From: Mobula hypostoma | Taxonomy: Eukaryota | Reading direction: 5' to 3' | DNA length: 64,000 bases | NCBI RefSeq assembly: GCF_963921235.1 | Contig: NC_086108.1 | Span: forward strand, 116,934,001 to 116,998,000 | In this document: positions 25,101 to 37,874 of the stretch, in pieces | Layout of the letters: every line of letters begins with the position of its first letter | Position numbering within the stretch: position 1 is the stretch's first letter | Translations under genes and position numbers: made by a program | Notes under the pieces: model-generated | The model's database searches: none | Seen by the model: the letters and a program-made list of their open reading frames with translations, nothing else | Told to the model about the DNA's origin: nothing

Positions 25101-28100
25101 CCAGACCCCTGGGACCTGGCCTGAGGCTAGAGATGACTTGAAGATACTGGTCAAGCCCCAGAAATCTTGTCTCTTGCCTCCTTTAATAACCTGTGTAAAT
25201 TCCATCAGGCCCTGGGGACTAGCCCACCTTTATACTCATCAGGAGGCACAACACCTCCTCCTTGACTTCTAAATGCTTGAACGTATTTATATATTCTTTT
25301 TTGGAATGGGGGGCCAGTGCCTGGAGATGTGCCACAGGTGTCAGCGTTGAGATCACTATTATTTGTCATTATTACAGATGACTTGTATGTGAATGCTCAA
25401 GGGATAATCAGTAAGTTTGCAAATAATATGGAAGTAAAAAGTGTTACTAAGGAGATTACCAAAGATTACCAGGACTTCATAGTTATTCTGGAAAGTGGAC
25501 CAAGGAGTAGCAAATAGATTTTGATACGGGAAATGTAGGGTGAGCAGCCAGAGGTTGTGCTCTACATTGGTACCAATGACATAGAAACATAGAAAATAGG
25601 TACAGGAGTAGGCCATTCAGCCCTTCGAGCCTGCACCGCCATTCAGTATGATCATGGCTGATCATCCAACTCAGAACCCTGTACCAGCCTTCCCTCCATA
25701 CCCCCGATCCCTTTAGCCACAAGGGCCATATCTAACTCCCTCTTAAATATAGCCAATGAACTGGCCTCAACTGTTTCCTGTGGCAGAGAATTCCACAGAT
25801 TCAGCACTCTCTGTGTGAAGAAGTTTTTCCTAATCTCGGTCCTAAAAGGCTTCCCCTTTATCCTCAAACTGTGGCCCCTCGTTCTGGACTTCCCCAATAT
25901 CGGGAACAATCTTCCTGCATCTAGCCTGTCCAATCCCTTTAGGATTTTATATGTTTATATCAGATCCCCCCTCAATCTTCTAAATTCCAACGAGTATAAG
26001 CCTAGTTCATCCAGTCTTTCATATGAAAGTCCTGCCATCCCAGGAATCATGGGTAGGATGGGTGACGAGATCCTGCAAAGTCAGTTCAGGAAGTTAGGTG
26101 CTAAGTTAAAGGACACGATTGCTACCCATGCCACCTGCTAGTGAGGCTAGAAATAGGAAGATCATACAGTTTAACACATGGCTAAGGAGATGGTGCAGCA
26201 GGGAGGACTTCAGATTTTTCTATCATTGGAGGGGAACTAATATCCTAATGGGAAGGTTTGCTAGTGCCGCGTGGAGGGGTTTATATTTGAGTTGCAGAGC
26301 ACCAGAACAGATAGTGTACAGTTTATGGAGAAAGATGTTGTTCAGTCTACTTACAAAGTCAGCGATTAAAGTTTGAGCATGGTGGGACTACTGTCCTGAG
26401 CTGTGTATATTTCAATGGAAGGAGTATTGTTGGAAGAGGCCGATGAGCTCAGGGCAGGAATCAGTATGTGGAATTAGATATTGCAGCCGTTGCTGAAACG
26501 GTTGCAGGAGGGGCAGGACTGGCAGCTCAACTTTCCATTTTAGACGTGACAGAGCGGGAGGGATGAAAGGAGGAGGGGTGGCGTTCCTAGTCAGGGAAAA
26601 TGTCACAGCAAAGCTCTGTCAGGACAGACTGTGGAGCTCGTCTGGTGAGGCTTTTGGGTAGAATTGAGGAATAAGAAAGGTATGACCATGTTACTGGGAT
26701 TATATTATAGATTAGCCAAGAATCTGCAGGATTTAGAGGAACACATTTGTAGAGGGATTGCAGACTGTTGCAAGAAACATAAGGTTGTGATAGAAGATGA
26801 TTTTAATTTTCCACATATTAGCTTACATTCCCTTAATGTAAAATGGCTGGATGGGAAAGAGTTTGTCAAATGTGTTGAGAAAAGTTTCCTTAATCAGTAC
26901 ATAGCAGTCCCAATGAGAGAGTGTGATTCTAGATCTTCTATAAGGGAATGAGACAGAGCACTTTGTGTAGGAGAACACTTAGTATCTAGTGATCACAATG
27001 CCATATCTAGTGGGCAGAGCTACGATGGCGCACAACAACTGTGGAAACAGCTTAATTTCTATCTTTAATGCCTCTCCTTTTCCTTTTCAGGGTGGATGGT
27101 GTTCTGTCGAAGAACCCAGCCTAGAACAACACTCAAACTAAGGCTCTGTGCAGAAATGGGACTTGTTCCTGTTTTTCGATACCTCTAGGACACAGCCTAG
27201 AAGATAAACGTGCCTTCAGGGTTCCGAAGCTTTATCACCATAAATCAGTGAGTCCTTTGTATATGTCTCCCCTCTCACAGTGAAAGGGTGACAGCTCTGT
27301 CCCTATATTAGGGAGAAAGAGAGCCTGTGGTATGTTGAATCATTCAGTGAGTGATTAGTTTTTATGCACTGCAGATCATGGTCTTTCTTGAGGGCTTTGA
27401 AATTACTTCATGGTAGGTGGAGGATGCCAATGCGTTTCTTGCTGAAGTAAATAGGGAGGGGGAAAGTCATTATTTTTCTGCTAGTTGTGTGTGGGAGGGA
27501 GAGAGTAGGAAGCCTTTGGGGTTTTAACATCTTTACTGTCACTCATTCTTGGGGAACTCTTCAGGTTTTGTAGACGTCTACAAAGAACAAGAATGTCAGG
27601 TTGTATATTGAACACATTCTCTGACGTTAAATGGAACTGTTGAATTAGCTTCAAGGTAGTTATGGAACAAGATAGGTCTGGTCCTTGGGTTGAGAGTCTA
27701 AGTTGGAGAAAGTTCCAGTTTTGATGGTATTAGTAAGGATCTAGCAAGTGTGGACTGGGACAAGTTGATTGCTGGCAAAGGTGTACTTGGTAAATGGAAG
27801 GCCTTCAAAAGAGAAATTTTGAGCGTACAGAGTTTGATTGCTCCTGTCAGAATAATAGGATCAAGGAACTTTGGTTTTCAAGAAACATTGAACGCTGGTT
27901 AAGACAAAGAAGGAGGTGCATAGCAGATATAGACAGGTAAGATAAATTAGATACTTGGAGTATAACAAATGCAGGAGAACACTTAATAAGGAAACCTTTC
28001 AAATGTTGCAAGACCTAGAGTAGATGTGGAAAGGATGGGAGAGTCTAGGACAAGAGGGCACAGCCTCAGGATAGAGGGGCGCCCTTTCAAAACAGAGATG

Positions 28101-31100
28101 CAGAGAGACTTCTTTAGCCAGAGGGTGGTGAATTTGAGGAATTTCTTACCACAGGCAGCTGTAGAGGCCTGGTAGTTGAGTATATTTTATGCAGAGCTTG
28201 ATAGGTTCTTGATTGGACACGGTATCAAAGGTTACGGAGAGAAGGCCGGGGAGTGGGGCCGAGGGAGGGAAATATCAGCCGTGATTGAATGGCAGAGCAG
28301 ACTCGATGGGCCAAATGGCCCAATTCTACTCTATGCCTGATGGTCTTTTGAAAATCAGGAGGGCTAAAATAAGGCATGAGAATAATCTAGCAAACAAGGT
28401 GAAAGAGAATCCCAAGGGCTTCTTCAGATATATTAAGGGCAAAAGAATAGCAAGGGACAAAGTCAATCTTCTGGAAGAACAGAGTGGTAATCTATGTGTG
28501 GAACCAAAAGAGATGGGGGAAATTTAAATGGATTTATTTGCATCTATATTTACTTGGGAGACTGACACAGAGTCCATAGAAGGGAGGCAAAGCAACAGCA
28601 AGATCATGAACCTTGTACATATTACAGAGGAGGCAGTATTGATGCCTTGAGCTGTGACAATGTGTTCCCTTGAAACCTGTGGGAGGCAAGTACAGAAATT
28701 GCTAAGGCCCTAGCAGAGATATTTAAAAAAACTTAGCCATGGGTGATGTGCCAGAGGATGAGAGGATAGCTAATGTTGTTCTATTGGTTAAGAAAGGCCT
28801 TAAGAATAAACCAGGAAATTATAGGCTGGTGAGCCTCACACCAGTAGTGGGAAAGTTGTTGGAAGGTGTTCTGAGGGACCAGATGTACTGTATAAGTATA
28901 TGGATAGCCAGGGACTGATTAAGGATAGTCAGCATGGTTTTGTGCATGGTAGGTCATGTCTAACCAATCTTATAAAGTTTTTTGAGGAAGTTACCAGGAA
29001 AATTGATGAAGACAAGGCAGAGGGTGTTGTCTACATGCACTTTAGCAAGGTCTTTAACCGTGTCTGCATGAGATGTTGGTCAAGAAGATTCGGTTGCTTA
29101 GCATTCAAGATGAGGCAGTAAATTGGTTTAAACATTGGCTTCACAGAAGAATCCAGAGAATGCCTCTCTGACTGGAGGCCTGACTACTAGAGTGCCACAG
29201 GGATCGTTGCTGGGTCCGTTGTTTCTCATCTATATTGACAAACCAGATGATAATCTGGTAAATTGGATAAAAAATAGCAGGTGGAATTTAATGTAGATAA
29301 GGGTGAAGCATTGCACTTTGGGAACACTAACCAGGATAAGCCTTACACAGTGTGGGGTAGGGCACTGAGAGTGTGGTAGAACAGAGGGATTTAGGAGCAC
29401 AGATCCATAATTTCTTGAAAGTGACTTCACAAATAAATAGTGTCATAAAGGAAGCTTTTGGCACATTGGCCTTCATAAATAAGTGCACTGAGAACAGGAG
29501 TTGGGATATTATGTGGCAATTGTATAAAATATTGGAGAGGCCTAATTTGGAATTTTGTGTCCAGAGTTAGTTACCTACCTACAGGAAAGATACAAATAAG
29601 AAACATCGAAACATAGAAAACCTACAGCACAATACAGGCCCTTCGGCCCACAAGGTTGTGCTGAAAATGTCCCTACCTTAGAAATTACTAGGGTTACCCA
29701 TAGCCCTCTATTTTATTAAGCTCCATGTTCCTATCCAAAAGTCTTTTAAAAAATCCTGTTGTATCCGCTAAAAGCCCTATCGTATCCGCTAAAAGACTCT
29801 ATCATATCCGGTTGAAAGAATGCAGAAAAATTTCTCAAGAATGTTGTCAGGACTTGTGAACCTGAGTAACAGAGAAAGGCTGAATAGATTAGGACTTCAT
29901 TCCTTGGAAGATGGAGATTTGACAGAAGTATATAAAATTATGTGGGGTATAGGAAGTGTACAAAAGCAGGCTTTTTGCACTGTTGTGTGGAATTGCAACT
30001 AGAGGTCATGGAATGGAAGGTGAAATGTTTAAAGAGGAACATAAGGGGGAATGTCTTCACTCAGAGGGTGGTGTGGGTGTGGAACAAGCTGCCAGCACAA
30101 GTAGTGGATGTGGGGTTGATTTCAACATTTCAGAGATATTTAGTTAGGTACGTGGATAAGAGGGTTATGCAGGGCTACGGTGCTACTGCATGTCAATGGG
30201 AATAGGCAGATTAATAGTTTGGCATAGACTAAATGGGCCGAAGGTACTGTTTCTGTGCTCTAGCGTTCTATGACTTTTGGGGAGGGAGGGGGAACAGCCA
30301 GATGTCTTGGTACATATTGGTACCAATGACATAGGAAGGAAAAGCAAAGAGGTCCTGAAAAGAAACTTTAGAGATCTAGGTAGAAAGCTGAGAAGCAGGA
30401 CCTCCTGGTAGTAATTTCTGGATTGCTGACTGTGAGGGTAGAAACAGGTTGATGTGGAAGATAAATGTGTGGTTGAGAAGTTGGTGCGGGGTCAGGGCTT
30501 CATTCTTGGATTATTGTGATCTCTTCTAGGGGAGGTATGACCTGCTCAAAAGTGATGGGTTGCACTTGAACCCGAGGGGGACCAATACTCTCGTGGGCAG
30601 GTTTGTTAGAGCTGTTGGGGACAGTTTGGCAGGGGGGTGAGAACCAGAGTGATGGGACTCAGAATAGGACGGATGGTAAAAAAGTAAAGATAGCGTGCAG
30701 TCGGACTGCCAGGAAGGGCAGGCAGGTGATGTGGCATAGTTGCAGCCAACAGGGTGAGTATCAGTACATGAGGGAGGCAAAATCAAAAAGGGTAACATGT
30801 ACGGTACTCAAGGTGTTGTATCTCAATTCGTGGGGTATAAGGAATAATGTGGATGATCTTGTTGCATTATTACAGACTGTCAGGTATGATTTTGTGACCA
30901 TCAGTAAATGGTTGTGGTTGGGAACTGAATGTTCAAGGTTACATGTTATATCGGAGGGATAGGGAGGTAAGCAGAGGGGTGGAGTGGCTCTACTGGTAAA
31001 GAATGGCATCAAATCAGTACAAAGATGTGACATAGGGTTAAAAGATGCTGAATTAAGAAACTGCATGGGAAAAAGGACATTGATGGCAGTTATATACAGG

Positions 31101-31715
31101 CCTCCCAACAGTGGCTGGGATGTGGACCACAGATTACAACAGGAAATAGAAAAACATAGAAACATAGAAAATAGGTGTAGGAGTAGGCCATTCGGCCCTT
31201 TGAGCCTGCACCGCCATTCAGTATGATCGTGGCTGATCATCCAACTCAGAATTTGCCCACTCACCTAACCTATCCAAGTCACCCTGCATCCTCCTCACAG
31301 CTAACACTGCCGCCCAGTTTCGTGTCATCCACAAACTTGGAGATGCTGTATTTAATCCCCTCGTCTAAGTCATTAATATATATTGTAAACAACTGGGGTC
31401 CCAGCACTGAGCCTTGCGGTACCCCACTAGTCACTGCCTGCCATTCTGAAAAGGTCCCGTTTATTCCCACTCTTTGCTTCCTGTCTGCCAACCAATTCTC
31501 TATCCACATCAATACCTTATCCCCAAAACAGAGTCAAAAGGGCAATATTATGGTAGTCATGGGAGAGTTTAACATGCAGGTTGATTGGGAAAATCAGGTT
31601 GGTAATGGATCTCAAGAGAGTGAGATTGTTGAATGCATAAGAGATGGCATTTCAGAGCAGTTTGTCATTAAGCCTACTAGGGGATCAGCTATTCTGGATT
31701 GGGTGGTACGTCATG
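22195..31715. mobile_element. Cluster of nested, degraded CR1 fragments on both strands
   Basis: Repeated RT and C-terminal motifs ([29 protein letters not shown]), ORF1 esterase remnants near 26050 and 30290, and several catagaaa-type tails. Confidence 0.82.
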
Positions 31716-32931
31716 CAGCGGTCCCCAAACACCAGGCCACGGACTGGTACTGGGCCGCAAAGCATTTGCTACCGGGCTGTGAGGAAACAATATGATTTGG
31801 CAATATGAAACGATAGGAGTCAGCTGCACCTTTCCTCACTCCCTATCACGCCCACTGTTGAACTTGAACGCACGCAAGGTCATTACGCACGCATCATCCA
31901 TGTCAGCGTGGGAAGGAGATCAACTCCTCGAGCTTGCAAATGACGGCGGGCTGTATGTTTGACATAATATCTCTGCCAGCCTTCTGGATCAAAGTCGAGG
32001 CTAAATATCCTGAGATAGCTACGAAAGCACTGAAAACGTTGCTTCCATTTCCAACATATCTCCGCAATGAATGCAACGAAAACTAAATTGCGGAATAGAC
32101 TGGACATAAGGATCCCTCTTCGAGTATCGCTCTCTCCCGTCACCCCTCGATGGCCCCGTCTTGTTGCAGGGAAACAAGCCCAGGGCTCCCACTGATTCAG
32201 CAATACTGTATTAGTGTGTTGCAATGACTTTATATGTTCATACGAGGAAAATATGTGCTGTGTGTTTAATATCCAAATGTTACTTAAAATGTTATGATGC
32301 TATTGACTTATAAGCGACTTATATAACCATATAACAATTACAGCATGGAAACAGACCATCTCTGCCTGCCAGTCCGTGCCGAACACTACTCTCACCTAGT
32401 CCCACTGACCTGCACTCAGCCCATAACCCTGCATTCCTCTCCTGTCCATATATCTATCCAATTTTTCTTTAAATGATGATATCGAACCTGCCTCTACCAC
32501 TTCTACCGGAAGTTCGTTCAACACTTACTTCAAGCTCCCCTGTCCTCCCCTGATAATTGACTTATCGCTATATTCATGCGAGGAAAATATGCACTGTGTG
32601 TTTAATATTAAATTCGTTAGATAAACCCTTTTAGAAAGGAAATCGAGTGTATTAGCCACTTATCACCTATATTCCGGTTGTGATTAGCACCCCCCCCCGA
32701 ACAGAATCGCCAAAAACGATTTGTAGAAAAAATCGGCATGTACACGCATGCGCACACAGGTGCCCGCGCAAGGCTTAATGGTCATTGTAGTCTTTCTCGG
32801 GGTAAACACAGCATATTTAACTGCTACTCTTGTCCGTTGGCAACCCTACCCCACCCCCCCAGGTCGGCCAGTCCGCAAGAATATTGTCAATACTAAACCG
32901 GTCCACGGTGCAAAAAAAAGGGGGACCCCTG
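31716..32931 (+). mobile_element. Non-autonomous hAT (Charlie/Buster group, Charlie3/MER1-like) deletion derivative
   Basis: Termini CAGCGGTCCCC...GGGGACCCCTG. Frameshifted transposase C-terminus at about 31918-32195: FWIKVEAKYPEIATKALKTLLPFPT...TKTKLRNRLD...LRVSLS...KQAQGSH*. Right flank is ATCTAGAA. Confidence 0.85.
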
Positions 32932-33550
32932 ATCTAGAATACAAGAACAAGGATGTGATGCTGAGGCTTTAGAAGGCACTGCTGAGGCCTCACCTTGAGT
33001 ATTGTGAACAGTTTTGGGCCCCTCATCTTAGAAACGATGTGCTGGCATCAGAGACGGTTTAGAAGAGGTTCACAAGGATGATTCCAGGAATGAAAGGGTT
33101 ATCATACGAGGAATATTTGATGTCTCTCAGTCTGTACTGTCTAGAATTCAGAACGATGAAGGGGGATCTCATTGAAACCTTTCGAATATTGAAAGGTCTA
33201 GACAGAGTAGATGTGGAAAGGATGTTTCCCATGGTGAGAGAATCTAGGATAAGACTCAGGATAGAGGGGTACCATTTCAAAACAGATGCAGAGAAATTTC
33301 TTTAGCCAAAAGGTGGTGAATTTGTGGAATTTGTTGCCACATGCAGCTGTGGAGGCCAGGTCATTGGGTGTATTTAAGGCAGCGATTGATAGGTTTTTTT
33401 TTGGACATGTCATCAAAGTTTATGGGATTACGGCTGGGAAATGGGAATGAGGAGGAGAAAAAAGAATAGATCAGCCATGATTAAATGGCGGAGCAGGCTT
33501 GATGGGCCAAATGGCCTAATTCTGCTCCTATGTCTTATGGTCTTATGGTA
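32932..33550 (+). mobile_element. CR1 ORF2 3' end
   Basis: LEYKNKDVMLRL and GDLIETFRILKGLDRV, with a tcttatgg tandem tail at 33533-33548. Confidence 0.85.
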
Positions 33551-33869
33551 AGTATAAAGTGGATGTATTTTGGAAAATCAAATCAGAAGAAGGCTTATAC
33601 ATGAATGGGGTTAAGAAAATCAAACAGATTAGCCCATAAAATGCTGCAGGAACTTAGTAGGTCAGACAGCATTTATGGAAAGGAACCAATAGTTGATACT
33701 GTCAGCTGAGACCCTTCAGAGGGACTGGAAATGTAGAGGGAAGATGCATATTACGCACGTGGGGAAGCTACAGAGTCAAACTTGGCAGGTGACAAGTAAT
33801 AGCAGGTGTCAATGGGTCCGGTACTGGGGCCAAGCTATGAACCAATGAGTAAATGCCAGTGATACTTAC

Positions 33870-33953
33870 CCTGGCCTGCTGTAGAATGGCCTGTGCCTGT
33901 GCCTCCTGTGCAGATATCGGAGGTCCTTTCTCACCGCTGGAGCCATAGCGGAA
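33870..33953 (-). CDS. COL11A1/COL11A2: Type XI-like collagen, 84-bp N-telopeptide exon ([28 protein letters not shown])
   Basis: tag|TTCCGC...GCCAGG|gtaagt. Carries the diagnostic [15 protein letters not shown] motif and the KGP telopeptide lysine. Confidence 0.96.
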
Positions 33954-34019
33954 CTACAGTGAAATGTAGAGAACAACATAATTAATACATCTAGAGAGGC
34001 AAAACCATAGCAGATCACA

Positions 34020-34262
34020 GTCCATCACTGGCCCTGGATGTATGATCCATCACTGGCTCAGGCTGGACAATCCCTCACTGGCTCAAGATGAATGAACCAT
34101 CACTGGGTCTGGGTGGTCTATCACTGGCTCAGGCTGGACAATCCCTCACTGGCTCTGGGTGAATGAACCATCACTGGCTCAAGGTGAATGAACCATCACT
34201 GGGTCTGGGTGGAGGACCCCATCACTGGCTCAGGCTGGAGGATCCATCACTGGCTCTGGCTG
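34020..34262. repeat. Minisatellite, ~22-25-bp unit with CCATCACTGGCTC core, about 10 copies
   Basis: Repeated ccatcactggctc/ccctcactggctc. Its nearer end is about 65 bp from the acceptor of the 84-bp exon. Confidence 0.85.
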
Positions 34263-34614
34263 AGTGGTGTCTCTTGCTGGAGGGATCTCCCATCTCCCAA
34301 CAACCACATAGCCCCACTCCCTATTCTACACATACCCAAACCCATAGCAGCTTTACCAAATACCCAAACCCCCCAAATGCCTTTCCCCAACAGGACAGCA
34401 ACCGAAAACATCTGCACCCCAACAATTTTCAGCAACAGAAAAACAATCCAAAATCCCCAATCCGCAACACCTATTCTGACAAAACCTATCCCCAACTGAA
34501 TTGAACCTTACCATATATAGAAAAGGTTTACAAGAATATGTAAATGCAGGCAGGTGGAATGGGTTACCCAGGCAATAGGTTGTTTCCATGTCTACAGCTG
34601 TAAATTGTGTCGAC

Positions 34615-34878
34615 CTCAATCCTACACTGATCCCATTTTATTTTACCAACATTCTCATCTACTCCCCCAGGTCCCACCCCTCACCCACACGCTAGGGACA
34701 ACTTACAGCAGCCGATCAATTCACCGAGCTACACATCTCTGGGAGGTGGGAAGGAACCGGAGCACCCGGGGAAAACCACGCGGAAACTGGGAGAAGGTAC
34801 AAACTCCACACAGACTGTGGCAGAGGTTGGGATCGAACCTGGCTCTCTGAGTCTGTGAGGCAGCTGCTCTGCCCACTT
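34615..34878 (-). mobile_element. tRNA-derived V-SINE (HE1-like)
   Basis: Minus strand has a B-box GGTTCGATCCC followed by the V-domain GTGTGGAGTTTGTACCTTCTCCC...CCCCGGGTGCTCCGGTTCCTTCCCAC. Confidence 0.75.
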
Positions 34879-35729
34879 AGTGAAAATGAATGACAAATAT
34901 TATTTAATTACTACAGCCAATGCCTCTGTAGGGATAGGTCACCTTCTTTAAACCTAATAGCTCTCCATCCTCCATTATCAGTACTTACAACCTGAAAGAG
35001 GCATAATAAAGTCTATCCCCATCACCCTATCACTGTCCCACTTGGAGATTAGAACCTCCTGTGGCACCAGGGTCCCATGAACAACAACCTCTCATCAGAA
35101 GTAAACAAAGTTACACGAACAAACCCTTCAGCCCGTCTACTCAGATCTGCCAAGTCCATTGACCTGCACCCGGACTATATCCCTCCCATCCATGTACTGT
35201 TCGAGTTTCCAGTCAATGTTGAAATCGAACCCACGTTCACCACTTCCACTGGCAGCTCTTTTCATACTCTCACGACCCTCTGTGTCAACAACCCTCCCTC
35301 AAGTTCCTTTGAAACATTTCACCTTTTACCCTTACCCATGTCCTCTCGTTTTCATCTCATCCAACCTGAGCCAGGGATGAGACGCTGCAAGTCTGTAATA
35401 AAACCAGGAAATGCTGGAAACCCATTAGGTCAGTGAGTGTCTGTGAGGAGAGCAACAGTGGGTGCTTGTGAGGGGAGGCCCTCCTCCATCAGGACTGGGG
35501 AAGGGTGTCAATCAGGAACTATTCCCACAGATGCTGTCTGATTGCGGAGCATTTCCACCTTCCTCTGATTTTATCACTTGGGGAGGGGTGGAGTGGAGGA
35601 GTTGGGGAGTGAAAGGATGTCCGGAGAGCACAGTGAAGCGGGGAGGAGAGGGTCCTTGGAGAGTGACAGTGAGGAGGGAGTGATTAAAGGTCGCAGTGAA
35701 GGGATGGGGTAGAGGGTACAACCCCTGGG

Positions 35730-36988
35730 AACAACACAGTGGGGGAAGGGATGATTAGAGTTCAGAGTGAAGGGTCGGGGAGGGGGGGAGAGTCCCTGGG
35801 GAAGGATAGGGTGGGGAGGGGATGATCACAGTGAGGGGTCGGGGAGGGAGGAGAGTCCCTGGGAAAGGATAGGGTGGGGAGGGGATGATCACAGTGAAGG
35901 GTCGGGGAGGGGGGAGAGTCCCTGAGGAAGGATAGGGTGGGGAGGGGATGATGACAGGGAGGAGTCGGGGAGGTGGAGTGTCCCTGGGGAAGAATAGGGT
36001 GGGGAGGGGATGATCACAGTGAGGGGTCGGGGAGGGGGAGTGTCCCTGGGGAAGGATAGGGTGGGGAGGGGATGATCACAGTGAGGGGTCAGAGAGGAGG
36101 GAGTGTCCCTGGGGAAGAATAGGGTGGGGAGGGGATGATCACAGTGAGGGGTCGGGGAGGGGGAGTGTCCCTGGGGAAGGATAGGGTGGGGAGGGGATGA
36201 TCACAGTGAAGGGTCGGGGAGGGGGGAGAGTCCCTGAGGAAGGATAGGGTGGGGAGGGGATGATGACAGGGAGGAGTCGGGGAGGTGGAGTGTCCCTGGG
36301 GAAGGATAGGGTGGGGAGGGGATGATCACAGTGAGGGGTCGGGGAGGGGGGAGAGTCCCTGAGGAAGGATAGGGTGGGGAGGGGATGATGACAGGGAGGA
36401 GTCGGGGAGGTGGAGTGTCCCTGGGGAAGAATAGGGTGGGGAGGGGATGATCACAGTGAGGGGTCGGGGAGGGGGAGTGTCCCTGGGGAAGGATAGGGTG
36501 GGGAGGGGATGATCACAGTGAGGGGTCGGGGAGGGGGAGTGTCTCTGGGGAAGGATAGGGTGGGGAGGGGATGATCACAGTGAGGGGTCAGAGAGGAGGG
36601 AGTGTCCCTGGGGAAGAATAGGGTGGGGAGGGGATGATCACAGTGAGGGGTCGGGGAGGGGGAATGTCCCTGGGGAAGGATAGGGTGGGGAGGGGATGAT
36701 CACAGTGAGGAGTCGGGGAGGGGAGTGTCCCTGGGGAAGGATAGGGTGGGGAGGGGATGATCACAGTGAAGGGTCGGGGAGGATGGAGTGTCCCTGGGGA
36801 AGGATAGGGTGGGGAGGGGATGATCACAGTGAGGGGTCAGAGAGGAGGGAGTGTCCCTGGGGAAGGATAGGGTGGGGAGGGGTTGATGACAGTGAGGGGT
36901 CAGAGAGGAGGGAGAGTCCCTGGGGAAGGATAGGGTGGGGAGGGGTTGATGACAGTGAGGGGTCGGGGAGGGGCGGGGAGAGTCCCTG
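35730..36988. repeat. G-rich minisatellite, 62-63-bp unit, about 20 copies
   Basis: Unit GATGATCACAGTGAGGGGTCGGGGAGGGGGAGTGTCCCTGGGGAAGGATAGGGTGGGGAGGG. Unit starts at 35821, 35884, 35947, 36009, 36071, 36134 and onward. Confidence 0.96.
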
Positions 36989-37219
36989 TTGTGACAGGTT
37001 TTGAGAGTAAGGAGTGAGATGGGTCCTGGGTGGTGGAACACTTCAGACAGAAGATGCTCGTATGTTTGGAGGGCTGTTGTCCTGGGTCGGGTCAGTGGGA
37101 CTAGGCAGAATAATATTTTGGCACAGCCTAGGTGGCTGAAGACCTGTTTCTGTGCTGTAGTCGTGCAGTGTTCTGTACCGAGCAGATGTAGTATCAAAGG
37201 CAGAGAGCAGTAAACTCAC

Positions 37220-37294
37220 CGGAAGCATCAGCATTGTGCCAGGTGGTCCGGGTAATCCATCAGCCCCTGGAAGTCCGGCTCGTCCGATTGGACC
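37220..37294 (-). CDS. COL11A1/COL11A2: Type XI-like collagen, 75-bp exon ([25 protein letters not shown])
   Basis: cag|GGTCCA...CTTCCG|gtgagt. [19 protein letters not shown] is the conserved end of the COL5A1/COL11A1 minor helix. Confidence 0.95.
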
Positions 37295-37874
37295 CTGTTG
37301 GGAGAGAGAGGCATCGTGTCACGTCCCAGGGCAAGTGTGGTCCTGTTAATTCAGGGGCTGAGCCAGGCAAAAGCACAGCCTCAGGGAAACCAGTGCATAC
37401 TTCCCACATTCCAGAATTCCTTCAAGAAAACCACCATTCTGTCCCCCTGCCAGGGGCTCTCCCTCCATGACAAACACCTGTGGAAAGTATAGACAGCCCA
37501 AAAAACAGGAAAGACCAGATAACAGAGGCCTGCCGCACCAATATCGCAACTTTGCAGAGTGAGCACCCTAACTCCCTCAGCTCAGACATTACCCTGAAGT
37601 TAGCCCCCACACCCGCCCAAGCTCCCATGATGTGAACATGTTTCCAGCACCCATTTGTCCATGACCACACTGCATGGCTGGCCGAGAGAGGAATGCTCGT
37701 CACTAAACACCAGAGACTCCATGGAGGAGAAAAGTGTCTCGGCCCGAAATGTTCACTGCTTATTCCCCTCCACAGATGCTGTCTGACCTGCTGAGTACCT
37801 ACAACAACTTGTGTGTGTTGCTCTTTAAACAATGAGGAAGATTATCATCAGAGCCTTCACATTAACAATACAAT

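Noticed and set aside
34020..34262. CRISPR-like repeat-spacer pattern
   Set aside because: The intervals are about 10 bp and related to each other, there are no cas genes, and the context is a vertebrate intron. It is a minisatellite.
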